Of a stretch of 64,000 nucleotides of DNA, positions 47,809 through 58,548 are shown piece after piece; positions within the stretch are counted from its first letter, which is position 1, and the number at the start of each line of letters is the position of its first letter. The DNA is from an uncultured Actinomycetes bacterium (GTDB lineage Bacteria; Actinomycetota; UBA4738; HRBIN12). The translations under genes were made by a program, and so were the position numbers. The stretch is taken from positions 219,194 through 283,193 of the forward strand of contig CAVYTE010000012.1 in NCBI GenBank assembly GCA_963771385.1. Reading direction: 5' to 3'. The notes beneath the pieces are model-generated. The model did no database searches, was not told the origin of the DNA, and saw only the letters and a list, made by a program, of their open reading frames with translations.

Positions 47809-48600
47809 TCACTGTTCCAGTCCGGCTTGAGGCCTGTCAAACGCCGACCAGGACCAGGGCGCGCCATCGGCCGAATGCAGATACGCCTCGAGGGCGTTCC
47901 GGGTCCCGACATCGACGAACGGACCCGATAGCGGGAGGGCAACGACCTCGCGCCTCGAGCTCATCCCATCGAACACAACCCCTGGCTCGGGATCGGTCGC
48001 GAGCGCGTCCAGACTGCGGCGGCGCGCCGCCGCGATCCCCCAGATCCAGTCGGACCCTGGCTCGGAGGGCTTGACTCGCACCGACGTCACCAGCCCCGAT
48101 GCCGTGAACCCGACCACGTCGGACCGCTTCGGCTCGCGGCCATGGAACACACCGAGGGCGACCTCGAAGCCATCCATCGCAGCCAGCAGGCGAACGAAGC
48201 CGTCGAGCGGTTCCCAGATGGTGTCGGGGAATCCGAAGACGACGAGGTCGTCCGGGTCCGTCCCGTCGAGCGCCGCCAGGATCGACTCCGATACGGAGGC
48301 CGGGTGGCCGAGCACGAGCGTGAGACTCCGTCGCCTCGCGTACGCCACGACGTCGGCCTTCTCGGGCCGGGTCACGATCCGGATGTCGTCGCATCCTGCA
48401 AGCACCATCCGCTCGATCAGGTGATCCATGAGGGGTCGCCCAGCCAGGGAGAGGACCTCCTTCGATCCCGCCAGAGGCTGGAGCCGCGTCGCGTACCCAG
48501 CCGCGGGAACCACGCCCACGATCCGGCGCGCAGCGTCCCCCACGACGCTCAGGGGCACGTCTCCCGGTGCGGATGGCCCCGGCCGCAGATGACTACTCAC
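47809..48600 (-). CDS. Sugar-phosphate nucleotidyltransferase
   Basis: GVVPAAGYATRLQPL..SKE, FGFPDT, FVDVGT. Confidence 0.85.
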   Translation of the reverse strand: MSSHLRPGPSAPGDVPLSVVGDAARRIVGVVPAAGYATRLQPLAGSKEVLSLAGRPLMDHLIERMVLAGCDDIRIVTRPEKADVVAYARRRSLTLVLGHPASVSESILAALDGTDPDDLVVFGFPDTIWEPLDGFVRLLAAMDGFEVALGVFHGREPKRSDVVGFTASGLVTSVRVKPSEPGSDWIWGIAAARRRSLDALATDPEPGVVFDGMSSRREVVALPLSGPFVDVGTRNALEAYLHSADGAPWSWSAFDRPQAGLEQ

Positions 48601-48652
48601 GAGCCCATCGTTCCGTTACCCTCGGACGGCGTCAATCCTCGAACGGGACGAG

Positions 48653-49964
48653 ATGCGGGATCTGGAACTCGACTTCGATCGCGCCCAAGTCGGCTCTGAG
48701 ATGTTGGCCGTCGCCGAGGAGCTGTACCCGATCTGCCGGAGCATCTCGGGCGAGGGGATCCGGGAAACGTTGCACCGCATAGGGAAGCGGATCCCACTCG
48801 AACTCCACGACGTCGCCGTCTGGAACACAGGTCCTCGACTGGACGGTCCCGAACGAATGGAACATCCGCGAGGCATACATCAACGATCCGCACGGGCGCA
48901 GAGTCGTGGACTTCCGCGAGCACAACCTCCACGTCGTGAGCTACAGCACACCGATCCACGAGCGGATGGCGCTTTCGCAGCTGAAGAACCACATCCACAC
49001 ACTCCCCGAGCACCCCGACGTGATCCCCTATCGGACCTCGTACTACGCCGAGACATGGGGGTTCTGCATGGAAGACGCACGGCTCCGTTCGCTTCGGGAG
49101 GGCGAGTACGAGGTCCACATCGATGCCTCGCTCGAGCCGGGGAACCTGACGTACGCGGAGAGCTTCCTCGCCGGCGAAAGCGACGACGAGATCCTGATCT
49201 CGTGCCATTGCTGCCATCCATCGCTCGCCAACGACAACCTCTCGGGGATCGTCGTGGCGACCCGGATCGCGGATCACCTGCGCGGTCTCCAACTCAGGAA
49301 CTCGTACCGGTTCCTGTTCATCCCCGGAACGATCGGTTCCATCACCTGGCTCGCAAGGAACGAGGAACGTCTCGACCGCATCAAGGCTGGACTCGTCGTC
49401 ACGTGCGTGGGAGATGCGGGGAGTCCCACCTACAAGCGCAGCCGCCGAGGGGATGCGCTCATCGACCGCGCCGCGTCCCATGTCCTGAGACACTCCGGGC
49501 AGCCACACCGGATCATCGACTTCTCGCCGTACGGGTACGACGAACGGCAATACTGCTCTCCGGGGTTCGACCTCCCGGTGGGATCTCTCATGCGGACTCC
49601 CAACGACGAGTACCCTGAGTACCACACGTCGGCAGACGATCTGAACTTCGTCCGAGCAGACGCTCTCGCGGATTCGATGAGCCTGTACCTACGCGTGCTG
49701 GACGTGCTCGAGAACGACGGCACCTATCGCAATCTGAGCCCGAAGGGCGAGCCTCAGCTCGGCAGGAGAGGCTTGTATCCATCGTCGATCGGGGCGCGAG
49801 GAGCGGATCCACAGCTGCTGGCGCGACTGTGGGTCCTGAATCTTTCGGACGGTGGGAACAGCCTGCTCGACATCGCCGTGCGAGCGGACCTGCCGTTCCA
49901 GGACGTCAAGGAGGCGGCGCGGGTACTCGTCGACGGTGGACTGCTCGGGCGTGCGGAGCCCTAA
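48653..49964 (+). CDS. DUF4910 family (M28 aminopeptidase-like fold, C-terminal wHTH; frameshifted)
   Basis: LYPICRSISGEG, HNLHVVSYS, IPYRTSYY, CHPSLANDNLSG, GYDERQYCSPG, YHTSAD, KGEPQLGRRGLY. Confidence 0.9.
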
Positions 49965-50920
49965 GGGACGGCGATCTCAGCGCGATCAGCGAGGACGGAG
50001 CCGATCTCAACCAGGTCGGCCTCCGTGAGCCGGACCGCGGCGGCGGATGCGTTCTCGCGAACGTGATCTGCGGAACGTGATCCCACGATCGCGCCGCTGA
50101 CCCCTGGCTGCTCGAGGACCCATCTGATGGCGAGCTGTGACAGCGAGACGCCGAGTCGTTCGGCGATCGGCTTCAACGCCTCCACCACCACCAAGTTGAC
50201 ATCTAGCTTCGGAGGGGAGAACAGCTGATCGTACGCGCGTAGATCCCCTGTGCCGCTTCGCCAATCATCGCGATCGAAGATCGTCCCGGCGGTCACCGCG
50301 CCCGTCAAGAGACCGAACGCGAGCGATCCGTACGCGATGACGCCGGTGCCGTTCAGGGCACAGATCGACAACAGCGGCAGCCGTTCCTGCCAGAGCATCG
50401 AGAGATGCGGCTGCAGGGAGTCCACGTGGCGGATGCGCTCGCATCGCTCGATCGCCTCCACCGAGAAGTTGGAGACGCCGATCCATCGGGTAAGGCCGTC
50501 GTCGACGAGCTCGGCCATCGCGGCCCATGTGTCCTCTAGGGTAACGTCCTTCTCATCGAGCCAATGGAGTTGATAGAGGTCGATCACGTCGCGGCCCAGT
50601 CGTCGCAGGCTCGCCTCAGCCGCGCTCCGGATGCGCGCTGGCTGGTACCCGGATCCACGAGGCGCTGAGGCCACCTTCGTGAAGATCATCACGTCGGGCC
50701 GGCCTTTGACCGCCCGCCCGATCAGCCGTTCGGAACGACCGTTCCCGTAGATCTCGGCCGTGTCGATCCACGTGATCCCCGCATCGAAACCGGCGCGCAT
50801 CGAATCGAGGACCTGCACGTCGGGAGGCGGCGCTCCCCAGCCGGTCGCGCCTGCTTCCCAGCCCCCGTAGCCGACGATCGAGATGGTCGGGCCTTCGGAG
50901 CCCAGACGTCGCCATTCCAT
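49961..50920 (-). CDS. Aldo/keto reductase
   Basis: WIDTAEIYG, IFTK, SLRRL..DVIDLYQLHW, IGVSNF, GLLTG. Confidence 0.92.
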   Translation of the reverse strand: MEWRRLGSEGPTISIVGYGGWEAGATGWGAPPPDVQVLDSMRAGFDAGITWIDTAEIYGNGRSERLIGRAVKGRPDVMIFTKVASAPRGSGYQPARIRSAAEASLRRLGRDVIDLYQLHWLDEKDVTLEDTWAAMAELVDDGLTRWIGVSNFSVEAIERCERIRHVDSLQPHLSMLWQERLPLLSICALNGTGVIAYGSLAFGLLTGAVTAGTIFDRDDWRSGTGDLRAYDQLFSPPKLDVNLVVVEALKPIAERLGVSLSQLAIRWVLEQPGVSGAIVGSRSADHVRENASAAAVRLTEADLVEIGSVLADRAEIAVP

Positions 50921-51127
50921 CTGTCCACCCAAGGATCGTTCTGAACCGCGCTCTCGACCGATGGTTCGGAGTGTACGGTCCTTCACTTCCGACGCCGAAC
51001 GCCTCGCGCTGGGCAGGGTGCCGCTCGTCGCGTTCGATCGCGCTCCTTCGCCCACGAGGAGAGTCCGAACCACGGCTCCCCCAGGGCACGTCTATCCTGG
51101 CGACGACCGTTTGGAGGATGCGGATCG

Positions 51128-53372
51128 ATGACCCATCCGAACGCGCAGATGGCTGAACACGCCGACGACGTGACGCGTGTTCCCACGGATGAGGAGCTCG
51201 TGGCGTCTCTCCTGCCCCTGATCGCCGATCGCGTTCTGCTGGTCCATCCCCGGCGGTCGGCCGGCACCGAAGGAGGCGGCGACGTCGATCTCTTCGTCGA
51301 GGGTCTCGACCCGGCATGGCCGTTGAGGCTCCGTGCCGACTGGCGGCTCTGCCAGGTGCTCCACTACGACGTGAGAGGGTGGTACTGGGTCCTGGACCGA
51401 GACGGCGAGACGATCGCGCTCGATACGGTCGACGACCCGCAGGGTTTGGGTCGTGACGGTTTCCCCACCCCGCGGCTCATCGAACTCGCCGAGCAGCATC
51501 CGGACGCGGCGAGAGCCGCCTATCTGGCGGCGAAGCGCGTCCGCAAGCGCATCAAGGATCCTTCCGACTGGAAACGGATCGCCGAGTGGGCGGCACCCGA
51601 ACCCGAGGCATACGAGCGTGCGCTCTCGTTGGCGTTCGGAAACCGCATGGCCCGCCGCTTGGCGTCACGCGCTCACGTGGGGGCCGTGCCGCCGGACGGC
51701 GTCATGCGATCGGCCAAACGCATCCAATGGCTTCGCCGCAGAGCGACTCCGAGCCGATTGATGGGCTCCACGCTCGGTTCGGTCGGACGCTGGTACCGGC
51801 GCCTCGCCCATCCCACCGGACTGTTCGTGCTGGTGGCCGGACCGGACGGAACGGGCAAGTCCACCCTGGCGGACGCGCTACCGGATCTCTGCGAAGGCCC
51901 GTTCCGGCGTCAGATGCGTCTCCATTGGCGCCCCGGTCTCCTCCCCCGCGTGGGGAGTCTCATCGGTGCCGAACAGGCCGATCCGACCGAACCTCACGCT
52001 CGGCCTCCTCACGGTCTCCTCGGTTCGCTGGCATCACTGGTGTATCACTGGCTCGACTTCTTCCTGGGTGGTTGGTTTCGGATCACCCCGTTCAAGGTGA
52101 GGAGCGGGCTCGTCGTGTTGGAGCGGGGATGGTGGGACATCGCCGTCGATCCCCGGCGCTACCGGATCGCAGCCCCGCGAGCACTCATCCGACTGCTCGG
52201 CAGGCTCCTCCTCGACCCGGACCTCGTCTTGATCCTCGAAGCGCCGCCGGACGTCCTCACGGCACGCAAAGCAGAGATCGAGCCGGAAGAGCTCGCGCGT
52301 CAAACGCACGCATGGCGCTCCACGCTGCCGCGTCGAACCCGACGCGTGCACGTCGACGCAACGCTCCCGGAGGCTGAGGTCAAGGCAACGGCCCGCGAGG
52401 CCGTGTTCTCCCTCCTGACCGAACGAGCGACGCGGAGGCTCGGCGCCGGGTGGACGGGCGTGCCGTCTGCTGCATCCCCACGGTGGTTGCTGCCACGCGG
52501 CCCGCGAGCGAGCGCCGTCTCCGGCTTGTCCGTGTACCAGCCGATCACCCTGCGTGCGAGGCTCGGATGGGAAACGGCACGAGCGCTCGCGACGGCGGGG
52601 ATGTTCCGAGCGATGCCGAGAGCGGATGCCCCTTCCGAGGCGCTCCGTCATTCGGTCGCTCCTCACATCCCGCGCGGCGGAACGATCTCCGTCATGCGCA
52701 CCAACCACCTCGGCCGACACGTCGTCATTGATCCTGGGCCCGTCGGGCGAGGCGTGTGGCGTGGCCAAGGTGGCCTTGGATGATGCCGGGGAATCTGCTC
52801 TCGAGGCGGAGGTCAATGGGCTGGACGAACATGCTCGATTCCTGTCACCGCCGTTGCGCGCGCCGCGCGTCCTCCACCGGTCGCCGGGTCTGCTTCTGCT
52901 CGAGCCCGTGCGGTGGTCTCCCCGACTTCGGCCCTGGGTCCTTCCGCCCGATGTCGCGTTCGGCCTGGGCCGGGCGTTCGCCGCGTCAGCCCGGGGACGC
53001 GATCGGGGGTTCGCCCACGGAGACTTCGCTCCCTGGAATCTGCTGCGGGTTGCGGATGGCTGGGTCGTCATCGACTGGGAACGATCCGAGCGTGATTCGC
53101 CCCCCTTCTACGACGTGCTCCACTACCTCGTACAGGGGGCGATCCTCCTCGGTCGCCCGGCGCTCCGGACACTCCAGTCGCCGGTACCCGGAACTGGATG
53201 GGCGCGGGAGGCTCTCCGCTCGTACGCGGATGGAGCCGGGCTGCCCGTCTCCTCGTGGCGCCCGCGTCTCCGTGACTATCTGACGCTGAGCATGCAGGTT
53301 CTCGATCGATCCGATCCCGAGCAAGCGAAGGGTATCGTCGATCGGGAACGCCTGCTCCGATCGATCGCCTGA
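51128..53372 (+). CDS. Multidomain protein: nucleotidyltransferase-like + thymidylate-kinase-like P-loop + APH/choline-kinase-like (one frameshift near 52730)
   Basis: GGGDVDLFV; VAGPDGTGKST, LERGWWD, PDLVLILEAP; VAKV, HGDFAPWN, IDWE. Confidence 0.7.
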
Positions 53373-53399
53373 GATCCCCATGGGGAATAGGTCGCCGCG

Positions 53400-54579
53400 A
53401 TGAGCGAGCCGAACATCCTCGCGTTCGCCTACGCGTGCGAGCCGGGCAAGGGCTCCGAGCCCGGCGCGGGATGGGCGATGATCCGCGTCGCGGCCCGCAT
53501 CGGTCCGACGTGGGTGATCACGCGAGCGAACAACCGAGAGCCGATCCAGGCTGCGCTGGGGACCACGCCGGAGCGAGATCGATTGCACTTCGTCTACGTC
53601 GATCTTCCACGCCGGTTGATGTGGTGGAAGCAAGGCAGGAGAGGTGTGCACCTGTACTACCTGCTGTGGCAGTTCGCGGCCCTGCGCCGCGCACGTGAGC
53701 TCCTGCGCGAGCATGAGTTTGGCTTCGCATGGCATGTGACGATCGCGAACGTCTGGCTCGGGAGCACGGCGCCGTTGACCGATCTGCCGTTCGTCTACGG
53801 ACCGGTCGGAGGCGGCGTTGGTACCTCCTTGACCCTCCTGCCTTCTCTCGGTCCGGCCGGTGCCGCGTTCGAGATCGCTCGGTCGCTCGTTCGAGCCGGA
53901 GCGAGGCGCCTCAATCCCCTGTGCGGCCTCGCACTGCGTCGCTCCCGGATCATCCTCGTTCAGAATGGGGAAACGGTCGGTTGGATCCCAGCTCGCTGGC
54001 GCGGCAAGGCGGTCGTTGCGCCGAACGCGATCCTCGACGCGACCCCGCCTCAACATGTCCCTCGCGACGGCCGACCCCGTACGGCGCTCTTCGCCGGCGA
54101 GCTGATCCCGCTCAAGGGGCTGGCGCTGGCGATCCGAGCGATCGCCCGGCTCCCCGACTGGCGCTTCCTGGTCTGCGGCCGAGGCCGGGACGAGGACCGA
54201 CTTCGATCCCTGGCGCGGCGACTCGGCGTGGAGGAGCGGGTGCGCTTCCTGGGGAAGCTTCCCAGGGGAGGAGGTGCTTCGCTTGATGGCCGAGGAAGCG
54301 GACGTACTGCTCTTTCCTAGTCTTCACGACGAGGGGCCGATGGTTGTGGCGGAGGCACTCAGCATCGGGCTGCCGGTGATCTGCCTGGATCGAGGAGGAG
54401 CGCGGGACTTCGGAGGGATCGCCGTTCGCGTGGGAAGCGTGCGGCGCACGGTCGATCGCCTGGCTCGGGCGATGACGTGCGTGCCGCCGGTACAGGCGGC
54501 CACGCCTCGCTTCTCGCTCGACGCGGCGACGCAGCGATTCTCCGACCTGCTAGGGAGCCATGGTTTACTAGACCACTGA
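53400..54579 (+). CDS. Glycosyltransferase family 4 (frameshifted)
   Basis: AYACEPGKGSEPGAGW, FAGELIPLKG, FPSLHDEGPMVVAEALS. Confidence 0.9.
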
Positions 54580-54604
54580 CAAGATCACGGCGCAGCGCTC
54601 AACC

Positions 54605-55351
54605 ATGACGACCGTTCTCACCTTCCATCGTGTCGTGGATCGCTTGGAGCGGGACCACGACATCAGCTGGGACAGCTTCCGTCGGCTGACGGACGGGCTC
54701 TCGGCCCCGGTGATCGGTCTCGACGTGATCGTCCCGTCACCTCAGCGTGTCGTGTTCACCTTCGACGACGCGACGGCCGACCATTCGCGCGCTGCCGAAG
54801 AACTCCTGCGCAGAGGCCTCTCCGCAACGTTCTTCGTGCCGGCCGCACACGTGGGAACGCCGGGACATCTCGACGCAGACGAAGTCTCCAGTCTCGTGTC
54901 CATGGGCCACGTCGTCGGATCCCATGCCCACGACCACCGGCCATTCGCCCAGATCTCACCGGAAGAGCTTCGGTATCAGGCGCATGCGTCCCGGATCCGT
55001 CTCGAGCAGATCTGCGGACGGCGCGTGGATCTGTTCGCGCCCCCAGGAGGCATCGGTCATCCGGCCCTCGTCTCGACACTGAAGTCGGAGGCGTACCGCG
55101 CGTGTCGCCGGATGCGCTGGGGTATCTACGGCGACCCTCGACAACGGTGGGACATCCCGTGCGTGCCCGTCACCGAGTACACGTGGCGCAAGGGGTGGGT
55201 TCGGCACGCGATCGAGCACGACGCCCTTCCCCTCGCGATGAGACTGGCTGGAGCGCTGAAGGAGGCGTTGCCCGCCGGGGTCGCGAGATCCATCCGAGGA
55301 GGCCTCCATCGACGGTTTCGCCCGACCGGGAGGCACTCGGGCGGCTCGTGA
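54605..55351 (+). CDS. Polysaccharide deacetylase (CE4)
   Basis: LTFHRV, FTFDDA, ATFFVP, VGSHAHDH, FAPPGG. Confidence 0.88.
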   Translation: MTTVLTFHRVVDRLERDHDISWDSFRRLTDGLSAPVIGLDVIVPSPQRVVFTFDDATADHSRAAEELLRRGLSATFFVPAAHVGTPGHLDADEVSSLVSMGHVVGSHAHDHRPFAQISPEELRYQAHASRIRLEQICGRRVDLFAPPGGIGHPALVSTLKSEAYRACRRMRWGIYGDPRQRWDIPCVPVTEYTWRKGWVRHAIEHDALPLAMRLAGALKEALPAGVARSIRGGLHRRFRPTGRHSGGS

Positions 55352-55388
55352 CTCGATCACGCTCGGAGTACCCGAACCGCCACGAAGG

Positions 55389-56361
55389 TCACGTCAAGGC
55401 GTCTCGGATCCTGGCTCCCATCCCCTTCACGCGCCCCCAGGCGACGGTCGCGACCTTCTCCGCCACCATGGCTTCGCAGCGCAGCTTGTCGGCCGGGCTG
55501 ATGTCGGCATCGGCGACGGCTCGCAGGTATCCGCGGACCTGCCGCGCGAGAGGGAACACGATGAAGCGGCGCTCGGGTCCGTAGTTCCGGGCGATGCGCA
55601 CGAGCCCGCGCCACGTGTCCTTGCCCGCCCTTCCTGCATGGACCCGGTGATACCGTCTGAAGAACAGCTCCGCCGGCACCTCTCGGAACGTGTGCTCCAG
55701 GCTCAGGCGCCCCAGGAGCACCTTCTCCGCGCCGATGTACCCCTCGATCAGTGGCGTCCGCGCCAGCGCGCCCGAACGGAACACCCCGAACACGAACGCC
55801 CCGTGCGCGGGGCCCGTCACGTCGAAGAGCACACCTCGGAACCGCTCGAGCCGTTTCGGGGACGAGAGCTTCTCGGTGGGAGGCGGTGCCGCGATCTCCT
55901 CGCCGTACGACGTGACGAACAACTGTTTGCCGGCGTCGAAAGGGACGGAGGAGCCATCCTCCTCGATCAGGCCGACGCGCGTCCCGACCAAGACCGTCGA
56001 CGGATCGTCGTCCAGGATCTCGACGCATCGCTCCAGGTACTCCGGAGCGAGGAGATCATCGTGCGCCTGCCACTTGAAGTAGTCGGCCCGACATAGCCGG
56101 AACGCCCTGTTGAAGTTCGCGATGATGCCGATGTTGGTTTCGTTCGGCTCATAGCGGATGCGCTCGTCTCGTTCGACGTACGAACGGCAGATGTCGCGGA
56201 GTCCCGTCGGTGGAAGCATTGTCCGAGATGACCACCTCGAAGTCTTCGAACGTCTGGCTGAGGATCGAATCCAACGTCTCGGGAAGAAGACGCTCCGCAT
56301 TGAAGACCGGCATGCCGATCGAGACCCTTGGACGTGCGCTCACGGTCGTCCCCTCGCTCAT
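55389..56361 (-). CDS. Glycosyltransferase family 2 (frameshifted)
   Basis: VSIGMPVFN, ISDNASTD, NFN, YFKWQAHDD. Confidence 0.9.
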
Positions 56362-56607
56362 CGATCGAATCCTATCGGCCACGCCGTGATTCCTGACCGG
56401 CATCGCGTGAATACCAGCGCTCAGATGAATCACGCGGTGACGGATACTGCCCTGAAGTCGTTCGAGACCCGAACGTCGACCTGATCCCCGAGGCCGGCGG
56501 CTGACGAGCCCGCGAGGTGTGGATGACGGGTACAGGGCTTCTCGCCGACCACACGCATCCTCGGGCCCCCTATCATCGAGGGTTCCGGATCGGAGGCGGC
56601 GGGCCGC

Positions 56608-57487
56608 ATGAGCGAGGTCAGTGTTCTCACGCCATCGTTGAACTACGGTCGATTCGTCGAGGACGCGCTTCTCAGCGTCCTGAACCAACGCGACATCTCG
56701 GTCGACCACATCGTTCAGGATGGGGGCTCGTCGGATGAGACGTTGGAGGTGTTGTCTCGCTTCGATCGAACGATCGATTGGTCGTCCGAGCCCGACGGCG
56801 GACAGTCCCAGGCCCTGAACCACGCCCTCAGGCGGGCATCCGGGCGGTGGATCACATGGCTGAATGCCGACGAGTTCTATCTCCCGGGGAGCGCTCGCCC
56901 GCCTGATACAGGTCGGTGAGCGTTCCGGAGCCGACGTCGTCTATGGCGATTGCGTGTTCGTCGATGAGCATGGGCGACTCCTTCGTCTTCTGGGGCAACA
57001 CCGGTTCAGCGCTCGGGTGCTCAGGGAATACGGTTGCTACATCTCCAGCAACAGCGTGATCCTGCGACGATCCGCCCTTCGCGATGACCCCTTCGACGAA
57101 GGGCTACGCAAGATCATGGACTGGGATCTGTTTCTGGGGCTGCTCGAGAGCGGCGCCACGTTTGCCTACGTTCCGTATCCGGTTGGCGCGTTCAGGATGC
57201 ATCCCGACCAGGTGACCGCAGCTGCGCGTGACTGGCATTCCGAATACGCGGTTGTCACGTCTCGCTATCGACTCGCGACGGACATCGCTCATCTCAAGGC
57301 CTTACACAGGAGAGTCCGCTGGCTCCATCTGATCCAGAAGCTCTTCACCCGCTCCTACAGCAGGCAGTTGCGAGCGAGAGCGCTCCGAGGCAGAGATGTT
57401 CGCTGGTTCCGCTCCTCCACGGGCCACGCGAACGCCATCGAACTCCTCGAACGTTGCTATGAGGGGAGTGGAACGTGGTCTACATGA
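56608..57487 (+). CDS. Glycosyltransferase family 2 (frameshifted)
   Basis: VLTPSLN, QDGGSSD, SEPDGGQSQALN, WLNADE, MDWDL. Confidence 0.9.
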
Positions 57488-57546
57488 CCGCGGTGTCGAT
57501 GGTTGGGTATCTGCCCGCCCAGCCTCATGAACCGCTCAATGGAACA

Positions 57547-58389
57547 TCATTGTGCGATTCGTCGTAGATGATCGACCGGCGCGGAGTACCTGACACGGTT
57601 AAACACAGTATTGACCCTGCTGCCCACTGCCTCAGTGAAGCGGTTCGACATCTTGAAACGAGAGACCTCCCGACTGAACGACTCATCTTGGCGAGCGACC
57701 AAATCCTGGAAGAGCAGTCGCGCCTCTGAGTAAAGCGCAAGGTCCAAGTCATTCCTTTGCCGAATCAGCTCGAGTGCGTGGCTAGATACCGCCCGAGTGC
57801 CGGCTGCGTCGCCACCGCCAACATTCTGGCGGACGTAGTAGGGGGTTCGCCATCCCAGCATGCGCTTCATCAGGATGAGGCTCTCGTCGAATTGTTCCAT
57901 GAGGCCGACCACCACGAACTTGCGCAGATTGCTCAGGGCCGCCTTCAGATCGTCAGGGGTTGGATCCTGATCCTGGATACCGGCTATTTGGCGAGTCTGG
58001 CCGTTCTCAACCTGGGTTCTATCCATACCTGTTTCGACGAATTCCTCCAACCCCGCTCCCGAAACGGCTAGTCGGTCGTGAAGCGGATGCCTTGGTTCGC
58101 GACGGACATAGCTATAGAGAGACAGAACGCGTTGGATGGGATCCCGAAGGACCGTGATGTACCTCGCCTCCCGAGGGAGCCAGCGATGGATCCCGTAATG
58201 GACGTGGCCGCGGACCAGCCTGGCCCGAGTTCGCTCGTCTACGGGGACATTCGCAAATCCATCGAGGCCCTTCTCGAGAGTGTTGAAGTCGATCGTCTCC
58301 GAGCGCTTGTACTGTCTCCTCAGAACGCTGTTCATCGTGTGACCAGCGCTCTTCGGGATGTGAACGAAGACCAAGCAGTCATCAGCCAT
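57547..58389 (-). CDS. Sulfotransferase (Sulfotransfer_2 / Gal-3-O-sulfotransferase-like)
   Basis: FVHIPKSAG (5'-PSB loop), TVLRDPIQRVLSLY (3'-PB), VGLMEQFDES; TACAAT-6 nt-ATG. Confidence 0.9.
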   Translation of the reverse strand: MADDCLVFVHIPKSAGHTMNSVLRRQYKRSETIDFNTLEKGLDGFANVPVDERTRARLVRGHVHYGIHRWLPREARYITVLRDPIQRVLSLYSYVRREPRHPLHDRLAVSGAGLEEFVETGMDRTQVENGQTRQIAGIQDQDPTPDDLKAALSNLRKFVVVGLMEQFDESLILMKRMLGWRTPYYVRQNVGGGDAAGTRAVSSHALELIRQRNDLDLALYSEARLLFQDLVARQDESFSREVSRFKMSNRFTEAVGSRVNTVFNRVRYSAPVDHLRRIAQ

Positions 58390-58548
58390 AGCCGGATTGT
58401 ATCAATGACGATTTGCATCACAAACACGCCATAACGGAGGGAGCGGACTTGAACCGATCGCCAAAGTCGTGCCAGTACGCGGAGAAGAGAGGGCGCAAGG
58501 CTGGGTCGATACACCCGATCGGCCAACGCGCGCTAGCATCTGGTCTCG

